The translations under genes were made by a program, and so were the position numbers. DNA of 64,000 bases, taken from positions 2,579 through 66,578 of the IMG/VR virus record IMGVR_UViG_2863177392_000001; one strand, 5' to 3'. Positions 35,221-44,816 of the stretch are shown piece after piece; within the stretch, counting starts at the first letter, position 1; every line of letters starts with the position of its first letter. Under the pieces are notes generated by a model. It was not told where the DNA came from and did not search any database. It was given only the letters and a program-made list of their open reading frames with translations. This stretch comes from a virus.

Positions 35221-35666
35221 TGGTCAGCGCCTGGGCGACCGCGCAGGACGTCATCGACGCCACCGGGGTGTCGGTGACGGATCAGCAGCTTGCCCAGGCG
35301 CAGTCGGACATCGAGATCTTCACCAACCGGATCTACGCGGACACGCCCCGGATCCGGACGCGGGATCTCTACTGGCTGGGCCGGGCCGTCGCCCGACAGG
35401 CAGCGTGGCTGGCAGGCCAGTTCGGGCTGGAGACGCGGCTGGATGCCACGCAGATCCAGCAGGACCAGGTCTCCACCACGCTGCAGGGCGACGGCCTGGT
35501 CCTCGCACCGATGGCGAAGCGGGCCCTGCAGAGGGTGTCGTGGATGCGGTCGCGGACTGTGCACATCCGCTCCGCCCTGGAGGGCGGCGGGCCGCTGCTC
35601 GCCGACCCGCTGGCCGACTCCAGCGACGACGCGATGGTGTGGACGCCGTACCGCGGGGGTGCGTGA
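35220..35666 (+). CDS. head-tail adaptor-like protein
   Basis: WATAQDV...AQ..IE...A.A.Q pattern; position. Confidence 0.65.
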   Translation: MVSAWATAQDVIDATGVSVTDQQLAQAQSDIEIFTNRIYADTPRIRTRDLYWLGRAVARQAAWLAGQFGLETRLDATQIQQDQVSTTLQGDGLVLAPMAKRALQRVSWMRSRTVHIRSALEGGGPLLADPLADSSDDAMVWTPYRGGA

Positions 35667-35995
35667 TGCAGGCCGTCGCGACCACCCTCCTCACCGTGCT
35701 GCGGGGCACCACCACCGACGCGTACGGCGACGAGCAGGACACCGACACCCCCGTCCAGACGGGCGTCCCGGCGTCGCTGGTCGAGCAGTCCCGCCGGGTC
35801 ACCACCCGCGACGACCCGACACCGCGGATCGTGCGCTACGCCGTCGCCCGGGTCCCGGCCGGCACCGACATCACCGACCAGGACCGGGTGCGTGACGAGC
35901 GCACCGGCGCCGTCTACATCGTCGACGCGGTGTCCGGGATGGACAACCCGGCGCTGCAGGTCGACCGCAGGCTCGACCTGCGCCGCACCACCTGA
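35666..35995 (+). CDS. head closure/stopper-like protein
   Basis: TDAYGD...DITDQDRV...YIVDAV; position. Confidence 0.65.
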   Translation: MQAVATTLLTVLRGTTTDAYGDEQDTDTPVQTGVPASLVEQSRRVTTRDDPTPRIVRYAVARVPAGTDITDQDRVRDERTGAVYIVDAVSGMDNPALQVDRRLDLRRTT

Positions 35996-36099
35996 TCACT
36001 CTGCGGCTGTCCGCAACGTGATCAAGAACTGAACAGGCCACACAGCCCGGGGAGACCGGGCGGCCACCGAACGAGACCACCTTCGGAGAGGAGGCGGCC

Positions 36100-36471
36100 A
36101 TGGCGCGATCCGGTGTGCGGATCGACCCCTCGGCGCGCGCGCACGTCAACGCCGCAATCAACGAGTGGCTCGAAGACACGATCGGCGCGGCGATCCTGGG
36201 CGACGCCCGGGACTACGTCCACAAGCGCTCCGGCCGCCTGCACGACTCCCTGCGCGCCGAGGTCCACGACAAGGTCCTGCGGGTCGGCTCCCTCGACTGC
36301 AACTACGCCACGGACGTCGAGCTCGGCACGCCCGCGCACGTGATCCTCCCGCGCAACAAAAAGGCCTTGTTCTGGCCGGGCGCCGACCACCCGGTGCGCC
36401 GCGTCAACCACCCCGGCACCCCACCGATGCCCTACCTGCGGCCGGCGCTGTTCCAGCGGAGGACCGCATGA
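36100..36471 (+). CDS. HK97 gp10-like neck protein
   Basis: SGRLHDSL...YA.DVELGT...HPGTPPMPYLRPAL. Confidence 0.75.
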   Translation: MARSGVRIDPSARAHVNAAINEWLEDTIGAAILGDARDYVHKRSGRLHDSLRAEVHDKVLRVGSLDCNYATDVELGTPAHVILPRNKKALFWPGADHPVRRVNHPGTPPMPYLRPALFQRRTA

Positions 36472-36917
36472 GCCTCCGCCTGCGCGCCACCCCCGAACTC
36501 GTCGCCGAGGCTTGGCTGAAGGCTGTCGTCGGCGACCGCGTGTCCACCAGCCTGCCCAAGGACAACACCTCCTGGGCCGCGTCCGGGTTCGTCACCCTGA
36601 CCACCGTCGGCGGCACCCCCAACGCCTACGTCCCCCTGCGCGACCCGGTGATGAGCGTCGACTGCTGGGCGGTCAACAAGCAGTCGCAGAAGCCGCCGTG
36701 GAACAAGGCCGCCGCCCTGGCCGAGGCGATCGTCGCCGCCTGCCAGGACCACCAGACCATCGCACGGACCGTCACCCTGCCCACCGGGTATCCGGCCGCG
36801 CAGGTGAAATCCGCGTACGTCACCGGCGACCCCCGCCGCGTGCACAGCGACCCCTCCTCGTACGCCCACTACCTGATCCCGGGCCTCGTCATCGCCTGGA
36901 CGGAGGTCCCCTCATGA
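36468..36917 (+). CDS. tail terminator-like protein
   Basis: Position; VGG.P...DP.MSVDCWA. Confidence 0.6.
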   Translation: MSLRLRATPELVAEAWLKAVVGDRVSTSLPKDNTSWAASGFVTLTTVGGTPNAYVPLRDPVMSVDCWAVNKQSQKPPWNKAAALAEAIVAACQDHQTIARTVTLPTGYPAAQVKSAYVTGDPRRVHSDPSSYAHYLIPGLVIAWTEVPS

Positions 36918-37144
36918 ACCGCCGGTACGCCGTCCAGGAGGCGCGCCTCGGCGGCGACCTCCTCACCTGGAACGGACGCGTCATCGTCCACAACAGCCGG
37001 GGCGAGCTGGAGTTCCTGCTGACCGGCGACATCCGCATCGTCGAGTGCCCCCGCAGCATCCCGCCCGAACAGACCCTCGAGCTCCGACACCACCCGCAGT
37101 TCAGCCACCACCGGTTCCCGCTCCGCCGAGAGGACTACCCCTGA
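36914..37144 (+). CDS. hypothetical protein
   Basis: Coupled ORF. Confidence 0.55.
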   Translation: MNRRYAVQEARLGGDLLTWNGRVIVHNSRGELEFLLTGDIRIVECPRSIPPEQTLELRHHPQFSHHRFPLRREDYP

Positions 37145-37380
37145 TGCCCACTGTCCGGACCACCATGCAGCCCGACCGGGAGATCGAGGTCGACGACGCC
37201 GAGTACGTCGACCTGCAGCGGCAGGGCCTCCTCGTCGAGGACGACCACGCCCCCGTCGCGGAGCCGGAGCCCACCGCCCCGGCCGCCCCGGCGGCTCCCG
37301 AGCAGCCGGCCGCCGCCGCTGCGCCGGCCGCCCCCGTGAAGAAGACCCCCGCCGGCCCGGCCGGAAGCAAGGAGAGCTGA
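37144..37380 (+). CDS. hypothetical protein with Pro/Ala-rich tail
   Basis: Coupled ORF. Confidence 0.6.
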   Translation: MPTVRTTMQPDREIEVDDAEYVDLQRQGLLVEDDHAPVAEPEPTAPAAPAAPEQPAAAAAPAAPVKKTPAGPAGSKES

Positions 37381-37383
37381 CCC

Positions 37384-37944
37384 ATGTCGGTGACCACCAC
37401 CAACCTCATCCAGGGCCCGGCCACGCTCTACAAGGGCAACTTCGGCGCCGTCGAGCCCCTCGACACGGCGGTCAACACGGTCCCGGCGGCGTCGTCGTGG
37501 ACGGACCTGGGCGGCACCCAGGACGGCGTGAAGCTGTCCGTCGACCAGAACTACAGCGAGCTCGAAGTCGACCAGATCACCCTCCGCGTCGGCTCCCGGC
37601 TCACGAAGCAGGACTTCACCATCGAGACCTCCCTCGCCGAGGCCACGCTGGAGAACCTGTCGCTCTCCCTCAACGGCGGCACCGCCGCGTCGGGCGCCGG
37701 ATGGAAGTCGTACGACCCCGACGTGAGCAGCTCGGCCACCCAGCCGAACTACTTCGCGATCATCATGGACGGCTACGCGCCGAACCAGTTCACCAGGCGC
37801 GTCATCGGCCGCCGCATGCTCAACACCGAGTCGTCCGAGCTGGCCTACACCAAGGACAAGCAGACCTTGATTCCGGTCAAGTTCGCGGGCCACTACGTCA
37901 GCGCCAGCATCAAGCCCTTCCACATCGTCGACCAGACCAGCTGA
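37384..37944 (+). CDS. major tail (tube) protein
   Basis: QGPATLY...WTDLGGTQDGV...VDQ...LAEATLENL. Confidence 0.8.
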   Translation: MSVTTTNLIQGPATLYKGNFGAVEPLDTAVNTVPAASSWTDLGGTQDGVKLSVDQNYSELEVDQITLRVGSRLTKQDFTIETSLAEATLENLSLSLNGGTAASGAGWKSYDPDVSSSATQPNYFAIIMDGYAPNQFTRRVIGRRMLNTESSELAYTKDKQTLIPVKFAGHYVSASIKPFHIVDQTS

Positions 37945-37988
37945 CCCGCCGGTCCCCCTGACCCTGCCCGCAGCGAGGAGCACCACCC

Positions 37989-38411
37989 ATGGCATCCACC
38001 ACCGCCCGCACCCGCCAGGCCGCCGCGGCCCGCAAGAAGGCCGCGGCCCGCCCAGCCGCCCCGGTCAGCGACCCGCTGGCCGACTTTGAACCGATCCGGA
38101 TCGCCGCCGACGACGACGTCGAGGAGGAGCGCGTCCCGCTCTTCTACATCGGCGACGACGAGTACACGATCCCCCGCGACATCCCCCCGGGCGTCGCACT
38201 GCAGTACCTGCGCCAGGCCCGCGAGTCCGGCCACGAACTCGCGACGCCGCCCCTGCTGATCCGCGTCCTCGGCGAGGACGCCTACATGGCGCTGGAGCAG
38301 TCCAGGGCGGTCACCGAGGAGCAGCTGGAGCGGATCGTGAAGCTCATCATCGACCTCGCCCTCGGCCAGGCCGAGACCAAGGAGAAGGAGGGAAAAGCCC
38401 CGCGTGGCTGA
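37989..38411 (+). CDS. tail assembly chaperone
   Basis: Between tail tube and tape measure; ends at a slippery site. Confidence 0.8.
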   Translation: MASTTARTRQAAAARKKAAARPAAPVSDPLADFEPIRIAADDDVEEERVPLFYIGDDEYTIPRDIPPGVALQYLRQARESGHELATPPLLIRVLGEDAYMALEQSRAVTEEQLERIVKLIIDLALGQAETKEKEGKAPRG

Positions 38412-38785
38412 CGACCCTGCAGGGGTGGCTGTACGCGGCGCCGTGGGCTGACCCGGCCGCCGAGCGCCTCGGCCAGGTCCTGTGGGTCCTCGACCACCTC
38501 GACGACCTGGACGCCGACTTCCTCGCCATCTACGGCATCGACCTCGAGCACAGCAGCATCAGCGCCCGCCGCTACTTCGCTCTCGCGCACCGGCTCACCG
38601 CCTACACCGGCGTGATGGCGGCCCGGGCCGAGGACGAGCGCGACGAGCGGCCGGCCAGCACGACACCAACCCGCACCCACAGCAGTAGTCCCGCGCCCGA
38701 GCGCGGCGACGAGCGCACCGAAGTCAGCCTGACCCAGTTCCGGGCCCAGTTCCCGTGGCTGGTCAGCGTGGGGCAGGGAGGGTAG
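38390..38785 (+). CDS. -1 frameshift extension of the tail assembly chaperone
   Basis: G GGA AAA heptamer at 38390-38396; the -1 frame is open to TAG at 38783-38785 (WVLDHLDDLDADFLAIYGIDL...). Confidence 0.75.
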   Translation, partial: GKSPAWLTTLQGWLYAAPWADPAAERLGQVLWVLDHLDDLDADFLAIYGIDLEHSSISARRYFALAHRLTAYTGVMAARAEDERDERPASTTPTRTHSSSPAPERGDERTEVSLTQFRAQFPWLVSVGQGG

Positions 38786-38788
38786 GAC

Positions 38789-41700
38789 GTGGCGGGAGCA
38801 TTCCGCATCGCCGAGGGCTACGTCGAGGTCACCGCCGAGGAGTCCGCCTACGACCGCGCCATGGACCGGCTGCGCGCGCGCAAGTACCAGGTGAAGGTAG
38901 GCGTCGACCTCGACGACAAGGCGGTCAAGGCCCGGCTCGCCGCGCTGCTCAAGCCGCACACCGTGAAGCTGACGGCGGACCTGGACCACAAGGCCACGTC
39001 GGCCGCCCTGCTGAAGCTGGCCAAGCAGCGCACGATCAAGCTGAACGTGCGCCTGGACGACAAGGCGGCCGTCGCCGGGCTCGACAAGCTGACCCGCCCC
39101 CGGACCGTCAAGGTCACCGCGGTCCTCGACGACACGGCGACCAAGGCGCGCCTGGCCGGGCTGGCCAACGGCAAGACCATCTCGATTGCGCCCGAGGTGC
39201 AGCAGGCCGCCTACGACCGGGCCAAGGCGAAGCTCGACAAGCTCACGGCCGACCGGACCGTCATCATCCGGGCGTCCGCGGACACCCGCGTCGCGGCCGA
39301 CGAGATCCGCAACCTCACCGCCCGCCGCAAGGTCCGCATCGGCGTCGACGTCGACACCCGCGTCGCCGCCGACGACATCGCCAACCTGACCCGCCGCCGG
39401 CAGATGACGGTGCAGGCGCGCGCCGACACCGCCGCCGCTGCGGCCTCGCTCCGGTTCCTGACCCGCGACCGCAACGTCAACGTCCGCACCCGCCTCCTCG
39501 GCGGGCTCGGCGGCCTCGCCGGGATCGGGTCCAGCGCCTCCAGCGGCGCGGCCGGGGTGGGCATGCTCGGCAGCCGGTTCATGATGCTGGCGGGCGCCGC
39601 GCTGGGCGCGCTGCCCGCGGTCGCCTCGCTAGGCCAGGCCATCATGCAGATGGGCCCGGCCGCCGCCGTCGCGGTGCCCGCGCTCGGTGCGCTCCTGTCG
39701 ATGGGCGCGGCGCTCGCGGTCGGGCTGCGCGGCGTGGGCGGCGCCTTCAAGGCCGCGTCCGACGCCAGCAGCCAGGGCTCGGCCCAGGCGGCGGCGTCCG
39801 CGCGGGCCCTGCAGCAGGCTCACGTCAACGTGGCCCGCGCGGCCCGCGCGCTGCGGGAGGCGGAGGTCGACGCCGGGCGGCAGATCGCCGACGCTCAGGC
39901 CCGCGTGAAGGACGCGGTGAAGGACGTCCGCGACGCCGAGGTGAAGGCGGCCGCCGACCGGGCCGCCGCCCTGCAGCGGGTGCAGGACGCCGAACGCGAC
40001 CTCACCGACGCCATCCGCGACGCGCAGCGCGCCCAGGCCGACCTCACCGAGGCCCGCAAGGAAGCCACCGAGCAGCTCGAAGACCTCAACGACCGCTTGG
40101 TGGATGCCCAGCTCGACCAGCGGCAGGCCGTCCTCGACCTGCAGGACGCTGAGAAGAACCTCGCCGCGGTCAAGGCCAAGGGGGCGGCCGCGTCGGCGAA
40201 GGACCTCGAAGAGGCCCAACTGCAGTACGACCGCGCGGTCCAGCGGCTGAAGGAGCAGCAGACCGAGACCGCGCGGCTGACCGACGAGACCGCCGCGGCG
40301 AACGCGGCTGGCGTCGAGGGCTCCGACACCGTGCGGGCCGCGCAGGAGCGCATCGCGGACGCGCAGCGCACCGTGCAGGACCGCACGCGCGCGGTCCGTG
40401 ACGCGCAGGCGGACGCCAACCAGACGGCCCGGGAGGGCGCCGACGCGGTGCTGGCGGCGCAGCAGCGGCTGGCCGACGCGCAGCGGGGTGTGGCCGATGC
40501 TCAGGTGGCCGCGGCGCGGCAGATCCGTTCGGCGCAGGAGTCGCTGGCGGACGCTCAGCAGGCGGTGGCGGCCGCCGCCGACAAGGGCGCCACGGCCTCC
40601 TCCAAGCTGGCCGACGCGATGGCCAAGCTGTCGCCGAACGCGCGCGGGTTCGTCACCGCGGTCCGCGACATGGGCCCGGCGTTCTCGGCGCTGCGGATGG
40701 ACGTGCAGGACCGGCTGTTCGCCGGGCTCGGCGCCTCGTTCACGCGGATGGCGACCGCGTCACTGCCCGCGCTGCGGTCGGGACTGGGCGGCATGGCCGA
40801 CGTCCTCAACGGCATGGGCCGCGGCCTCATGGACACCTTCACCCGGCTCGCCGACGCGGGCCTGCTGAAGCGGATGTTCGACGGGTTCACGCAGAGCATG
40901 CAGCCCCTGACCCGTGTGCCGGGCCAGCTCGGCGAGGCCTTCACGAAGCTCAGCATCGCCGCGGCGCCGTCGCTGACCCGGGTCACCACCGGCTTCGCCG
41001 GGGTGGTGGACCGGATGATGGGCAAGCTCGACAAGGCGTTCACCTCGGGGCGCCTGGAGCAGGTCATCGGCCAGGCCCTCGACATCGCGAAGCAGTTCGG
41101 GAGCCTGATCGGCGACATCTTCGGGACCCTCGGCAACGTCCTGGGCGCGGCGTCGAAGGCCGGCGGTGACGTCCTCGGCGGGCTCGGCGCGATGTTCGCG
41201 GAGCTGCGCCGCATCACGGCGATGCCGGAGGTGCAGGCGGCACTCACCACGATCTTCCGTGCGGTCAACGACATCGCCAAGCTCCTCGCCGGGACGCTCG
41301 GCTCGGTCATCCAGGCGGTGCTGCCGCTGCTCGCTCAGCTAGCGCCGGTGGTGTCATCGCTGGCGCAGAAGTTCGGGCCGGTCCTGGCCATGCTGGCCGA
41401 CACGCTGGGCCGGGCCCTGGCCCCGATCATGACGGCGCTGCTGCCCGTCATCAGCCAGCTCGGCGACATCCTCGTCCGGCTCGTCACCAGCCTGGCGCCG
41501 CTGCTGGAGCCGGTCGGCCAACTGATCGGCGCGATCATCAGCGCGCTCGCCCCGATCCTGCCGGTCATCGGCGACATCCTCGTGATGCTGGTCGGCGCCC
41601 TCGTCACCGGGCTGAAGCCGGTGATCGCCGTGCTGATCCCGGCAGTAGCGACGTTCGGCCAGTTCATCGGGCAGCTCGTGCCGAAGCTGCTGCCCCTGTA

Positions 41701-43606
41701 CGCGGCGGTGGTCCCGCTGATCCCCGTCCTCGGGGAGATGGCCGCCAAGCTCCTCACGCTGGCCATGCAGGTCATCACGCCGCTGATGCCGCTGATCCTG
41801 GGCCTGGCCACGCTCATGTCCGGGGTGCTGGCCGGCGCGTTCAACATCCTGATCCCGGTGCTGAGCACGGTCATCGGGTGGATCGGGAAGTTCGTCGACG
41901 GCATCACCAGCGCGGTGAAGTGGGTCGTCGACAAGTTCCAGTGGCTGTACGACGTGCTGGTCGGCCACAGCATCATCCCCGACCTGGTCAAGTCGATCAT
42001 CAACTGGTTCAGCCAGCTGTGGACCCGCGCGCGGGAAATCTTCAACACCATCCGGCAGGGCATCGTCGACCGGTGGAACGCCATCTGGAAGTACGCCTCC
42101 GACCGGTGGTCGTCGTTCTGGCGGGGCTTCGCCGCGAACATCTCCAACGCCAAGGCGACGGTGCTGAACTGGCTGACCAGCCTGCGGACGTCGTTCATGA
42201 ACGGCTGGAACTTCCTGTGGAACTCCGCCGTCTCGAAGGTCACGAGCATCTTCACGACGCTGCGCGGGAAGCTCGCCGACTTCAAGACGGGGATGCTCAA
42301 CGCCGTCAAGGCGCTGCGGGACGGGACCGGCACCCTCTTCGCCGGCATCCAGTCGAAGTTCGCCGGGCCCGTGCGCTGGGTGATCTCGCACGTCTACAAC
42401 AACGGCCTGCGCAAGATGTGGAACACCATCGCAGGGAAGATCAACAGCAAGCTCAACCTGCCCACGATCAGCCTCGGCTTCAACAAGGGCGGCGTCGTCC
42501 CCGGCACCGGCAACAGCGACACCGTCCCCGCCATGCTCACTCCCGGCGAGCGGATCCTCTCCAACGAGCAGGTCACCCGGCTCGGCGGGCACCGTGCCAT
42601 CGACGCCATGCTCGGCCGTGACCAGCCCACTCGCACCGGCGGCAACCCCAGCCAGCAGACCGAGAAGCGCCGCTACCAGGGCCCCGTCCAGCACTTCGAC
42701 TCCGGCGGCATCGTCGGCAAGGTCACCGGCGCGATCGGCGGCGCCATCGGCTCCGTCACCGACTGGGCCAAGGACATCGTCGTCGGCGGCCTCAAGCAGG
42801 CCGCGGCCAAGGCGCTGTCGTCGCTGGTGCGGCCGCTCATCGCGCAGATCCCCGGCGGGCCCGGCCTCGGCAGCCTACTGAAGGGCATGGCGGGCAAGGC
42901 CGTCGACGGGATGATGAGCTGGTTCGGCAACGAGGACAAGAAGGCCAAGGGCGGCCCAGCCGTCCAGAGGGCCCTGTCCTGGGCGCGCACCCAGAACGGC
43001 CTGCCGTATCAGTGGGGCGGCAACGGCAACCCTTCGTGGGACTGCAGCGGCCTGATGAGCGCCATCGAGTCGGTCATCCGCGGCGAGCGGCCTCACCGGC
43101 GGTGGGCGACCGGGGCGTTCGTCGGGAACTCGGGCCCGTCGGGCTGGGTCCGCAACCTGAACAGCCCGTTCATGATCGGCATCACGAACGCCGGGGTGGG
43201 CCATACCGCGGGCACGTTGGCCGGGGTGAATGTGGAGTCGCGCGGCGGGGACGGCGTGATCGTCGGCAAGGGCGCCCGCTCGTACAAGGACAGCCTGTTC
43301 ACCTCGCACTGGGGGTTCGCGCCGGCCGCGAAGTACGACTCCGGCGGCCTTCTCGCCAGGGGCGCCACGATGGTCGTCAACGAGACCCGCCGACCGGAAC
43401 GCATCCTCACTCCGCAGCAGAACGCGCTGTTCGAGCAGCTCGTCACCAGCGGGGCCGCCGGCGCCGGCGGCGGCGTGACGATCGAGAACATCACGGTGTC
43501 CGGCACGTTCGACTTCTCCACCCCGTCCGCCCGCAGGGCCGCCGCCCAGGCGCTCGTCGCCGAGATGAAGGAAGCCCTGCGCAACTACGACAGGAGCCGT
43601 GCCTGA
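38789..43606 (+). CDS. tape measure protein with C-terminal NlpC/P60-like domain
   Basis: 1605 aa, helical and amphipathic repeats; GGVVPG...DTVPAMLTPGE; PYQWGGNGNPSWDCSGL...GHT. Confidence 0.92.
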   Translation: MAGAFRIAEGYVEVTAEESAYDRAMDRLRARKYQVKVGVDLDDKAVKARLAALLKPHTVKLTADLDHKATSAALLKLAKQRTIKLNVRLDDKAAVAGLDKLTRPRTVKVTAVLDDTATKARLAGLANGKTISIAPEVQQAAYDRAKAKLDKLTADRTVIIRASADTRVAADEIRNLTARRKVRIGVDVDTRVAADDIANLTRRRQMTVQARADTAAAAASLRFLTRDRNVNVRTRLLGGLGGLAGIGSSASSGAAGVGMLGSRFMMLAGAALGALPAVASLGQAIMQMGPAAAVAVPALGALLSMGAALAVGLRGVGGAFKAASDASSQGSAQAAASARALQQAHVNVARAARALREAEVDAGRQIADAQARVKDAVKDVRDAEVKAAADRAAALQRVQDAERDLTDAIRDAQRAQADLTEARKEATEQLEDLNDRLVDAQLDQRQAVLDLQDAEKNLAAVKAKGAAASAKDLEEAQLQYDRAVQRLKEQQTETARLTDETAAANAAGVEGSDTVRAAQERIADAQRTVQDRTRAVRDAQADANQTAREGADAVLAAQQRLADAQRGVADAQVAAARQIRSAQESLADAQQAVAAAADKGATASSKLADAMAKLSPNARGFVTAVRDMGPAFSALRMDVQDRLFAGLGASFTRMATASLPALRSGLGGMADVLNGMGRGLMDTFTRLADAGLLKRMFDGFTQSMQPLTRVPGQLGEAFTKLSIAAAPSLTRVTTGFAGVVDRMMGKLDKAFTSGRLEQVIGQALDIAKQFGSLIGDIFGTLGNVLGAASKAGGDVLGGLGAMFAELRRITAMPEVQAALTTIFRAVNDIAKLLAGTLGSVIQAVLPLLAQLAPVVSSLAQKFGPVLAMLADTLGRALAPIMTALLPVISQLGDILVRLVTSLAPLLEPVGQLIGAIISALAPILPVIGDILVMLVGALVTGLKPVIAVLIPAVATFGQFIGQLVPKLLPLYAAVVPLIPVLGEMAAKLLTLAMQVITPLMPLILGLATLMSGVLAGAFNILIPVLSTVIGWIGKFVDGITSAVKWVVDKFQWLYDVLVGHSIIPDLVKSIINWFSQLWTRAREIFNTIRQGIVDRWNAIWKYASDRWSSFWRGFAANISNAKATVLNWLTSLRTSFMNGWNFLWNSAVSKVTSIFTTLRGKLADFKTGMLNAVKALRDGTGTLFAGIQSKFAGPVRWVISHVYNNGLRKMWNTIAGKINSKLNLPTISLGFNKGGVVPGTGNSDTVPAMLTPGERILSNEQVTRLGGHRAIDAMLGRDQPTRTGGNPSQQTEKRRYQGPVQHFDSGGIVGKVTGAIGGAIGSVTDWAKDIVVGGLKQAAAKALSSLVRPLIAQIPGGPGLGSLLKGMAGKAVDGMMSWFGNEDKKAKGGPAVQRALSWARTQNGLPYQWGGNGNPSWDCSGLMSAIESVIRGERPHRRWATGAFVGNSGPSGWVRNLNSPFMIGITNAGVGHTAGTLAGVNVESRGGDGVIVGKGARSYKDSLFTSHWGFAPAAKYDSGGLLARGATMVVNETRRPERILTPQQNALFEQLVTSGAAGAGGGVTIENITVSGTFDFSTPSARRAAAQALVAEMKEALRNYDRSRA

Positions 43607-44814
43607 TGGCCCTCTACGGATGGGGTGACGTCCAGCTCGGCCGGATCCCCCTGCGCGAGGTGTTCGCCGTCGGAGAGTCCGGCGGCGACTCCCGCAGCCT
43701 CGACCTCGAAGGGCAGGAGTCCTACCCGCCGCTCACCCGCGCGCAGGTCGTCGCCCGGCACGACGGGGTCAACGCGCTGATCCCCGGCCAGTGCATCCCG
43801 GTCACGTTCACCGACAAGCCGGAGCGCAACGGCTACTACGCCGTGAAGTCGGCGGGCTCGACGTACACCGAGTACCGCACCGAGATGGTCACCGCCGACT
43901 GGAAGGTGAGCCTGGAGCGGGTCGGCTCCGACGCCGAGACCGACCTGCAGAGCAGGCTGACGGGTGCCGTACGCCTCAACGATTTCGCGCTGGCCGGCGA
44001 GCGCTGGCACGCCCCGCCCATCGGCCACTACGGCTACTACACCGGCTCCACCAACCCGAGCACGATGACCCGCACCGGCGCCGACGGCACGATGACCGTG
44101 TACCGGGGCGTCCCCGCGAACGTCTCCCCGCGCTGGGGCTGCGCGCCGACCGCCTATCTCACCGGCCGCGTCCGGCTCACCACCACGGGCGGGCAGGAGG
44201 TGTACGGCGTCGACGTGCCCCTCGCCGCGACGGGCTGGGCCCTGACCAACGGCCTCGTCAACGTCACCCCGTCCGCGTCCGCCTCCTTCGATGTACAGGC
44301 GTACACCGGCGGCGCCTGGCGGTCGAAGCTGTGGAACGTCTCCGTCGCCGGGTCCGCCGCGTCGATCACCTCCTGGGACGGCGCCACCCTGCTCCGCAAC
44401 GACCCCGAGGCCTGCATCGTCCGCCTCATCAAGGGCCTCAACCCCGGCCGCGCCACCCTCGACCTCACCCTGCGTCGCGGCTCCCGCTTCGTCGAGGGCT
44501 ACCTCCAGACCGGCACCAGCGCCACGCTCGCCGCCTACCGCTCCACCCTGGAGACCAACACGTCGTTCGCGGCGTCCGGGTACGTCACCGCCACCGCCAA
44601 CGACAGCGACGGCAACCGCTTCGCCGTCGGCTCCGCCCGGGCGTTCACCGCGCACGCCAACGGCGGCGTCACCAAGGCCGCAGCGACCGCCCTGGACTTC
44701 TGGATCGGCGTGGTGGCCGGCGGCGGCTCCGCAGTGTCCGGCGACGCGGCAACCGACCTGCGCAACCAGTACGTGGCCTGCATGCCCGAAAGCGTCTACG
44801 GCGTGAGGAGGTAG
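43606..44814 (+). CDS. minor tail (distal tail-like) protein
   Basis: Coupled to the tape measure gene; beta-rich. Confidence 0.75.
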   Translation: MALYGWGDVQLGRIPLREVFAVGESGGDSRSLDLEGQESYPPLTRAQVVARHDGVNALIPGQCIPVTFTDKPERNGYYAVKSAGSTYTEYRTEMVTADWKVSLERVGSDAETDLQSRLTGAVRLNDFALAGERWHAPPIGHYGYYTGSTNPSTMTRTGADGTMTVYRGVPANVSPRWGCAPTAYLTGRVRLTTTGGQEVYGVDVPLAATGWALTNGLVNVTPSASASFDVQAYTGGAWRSKLWNVSVAGSAASITSWDGATLLRNDPEACIVRLIKGLNPGRATLDLTLRRGSRFVEGYLQTGTSATLAAYRSTLETNTSFAASGYVTATANDSDGNRFAVGSARAFTAHANGGVTKAAATALDFWIGVVAGGGSAVSGDAATDLRNQYVACMPESVYGVRR

Positions 44815-44816
44815 CC

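Noticed and set aside
43791-44816. N-terminal extension giving a 1298-aa tail protein
   Set aside because: It overlaps 43606..44814 in another frame and is Arg/Pro-rich junk; the real start is GTG 44817 after GAGGAGG.
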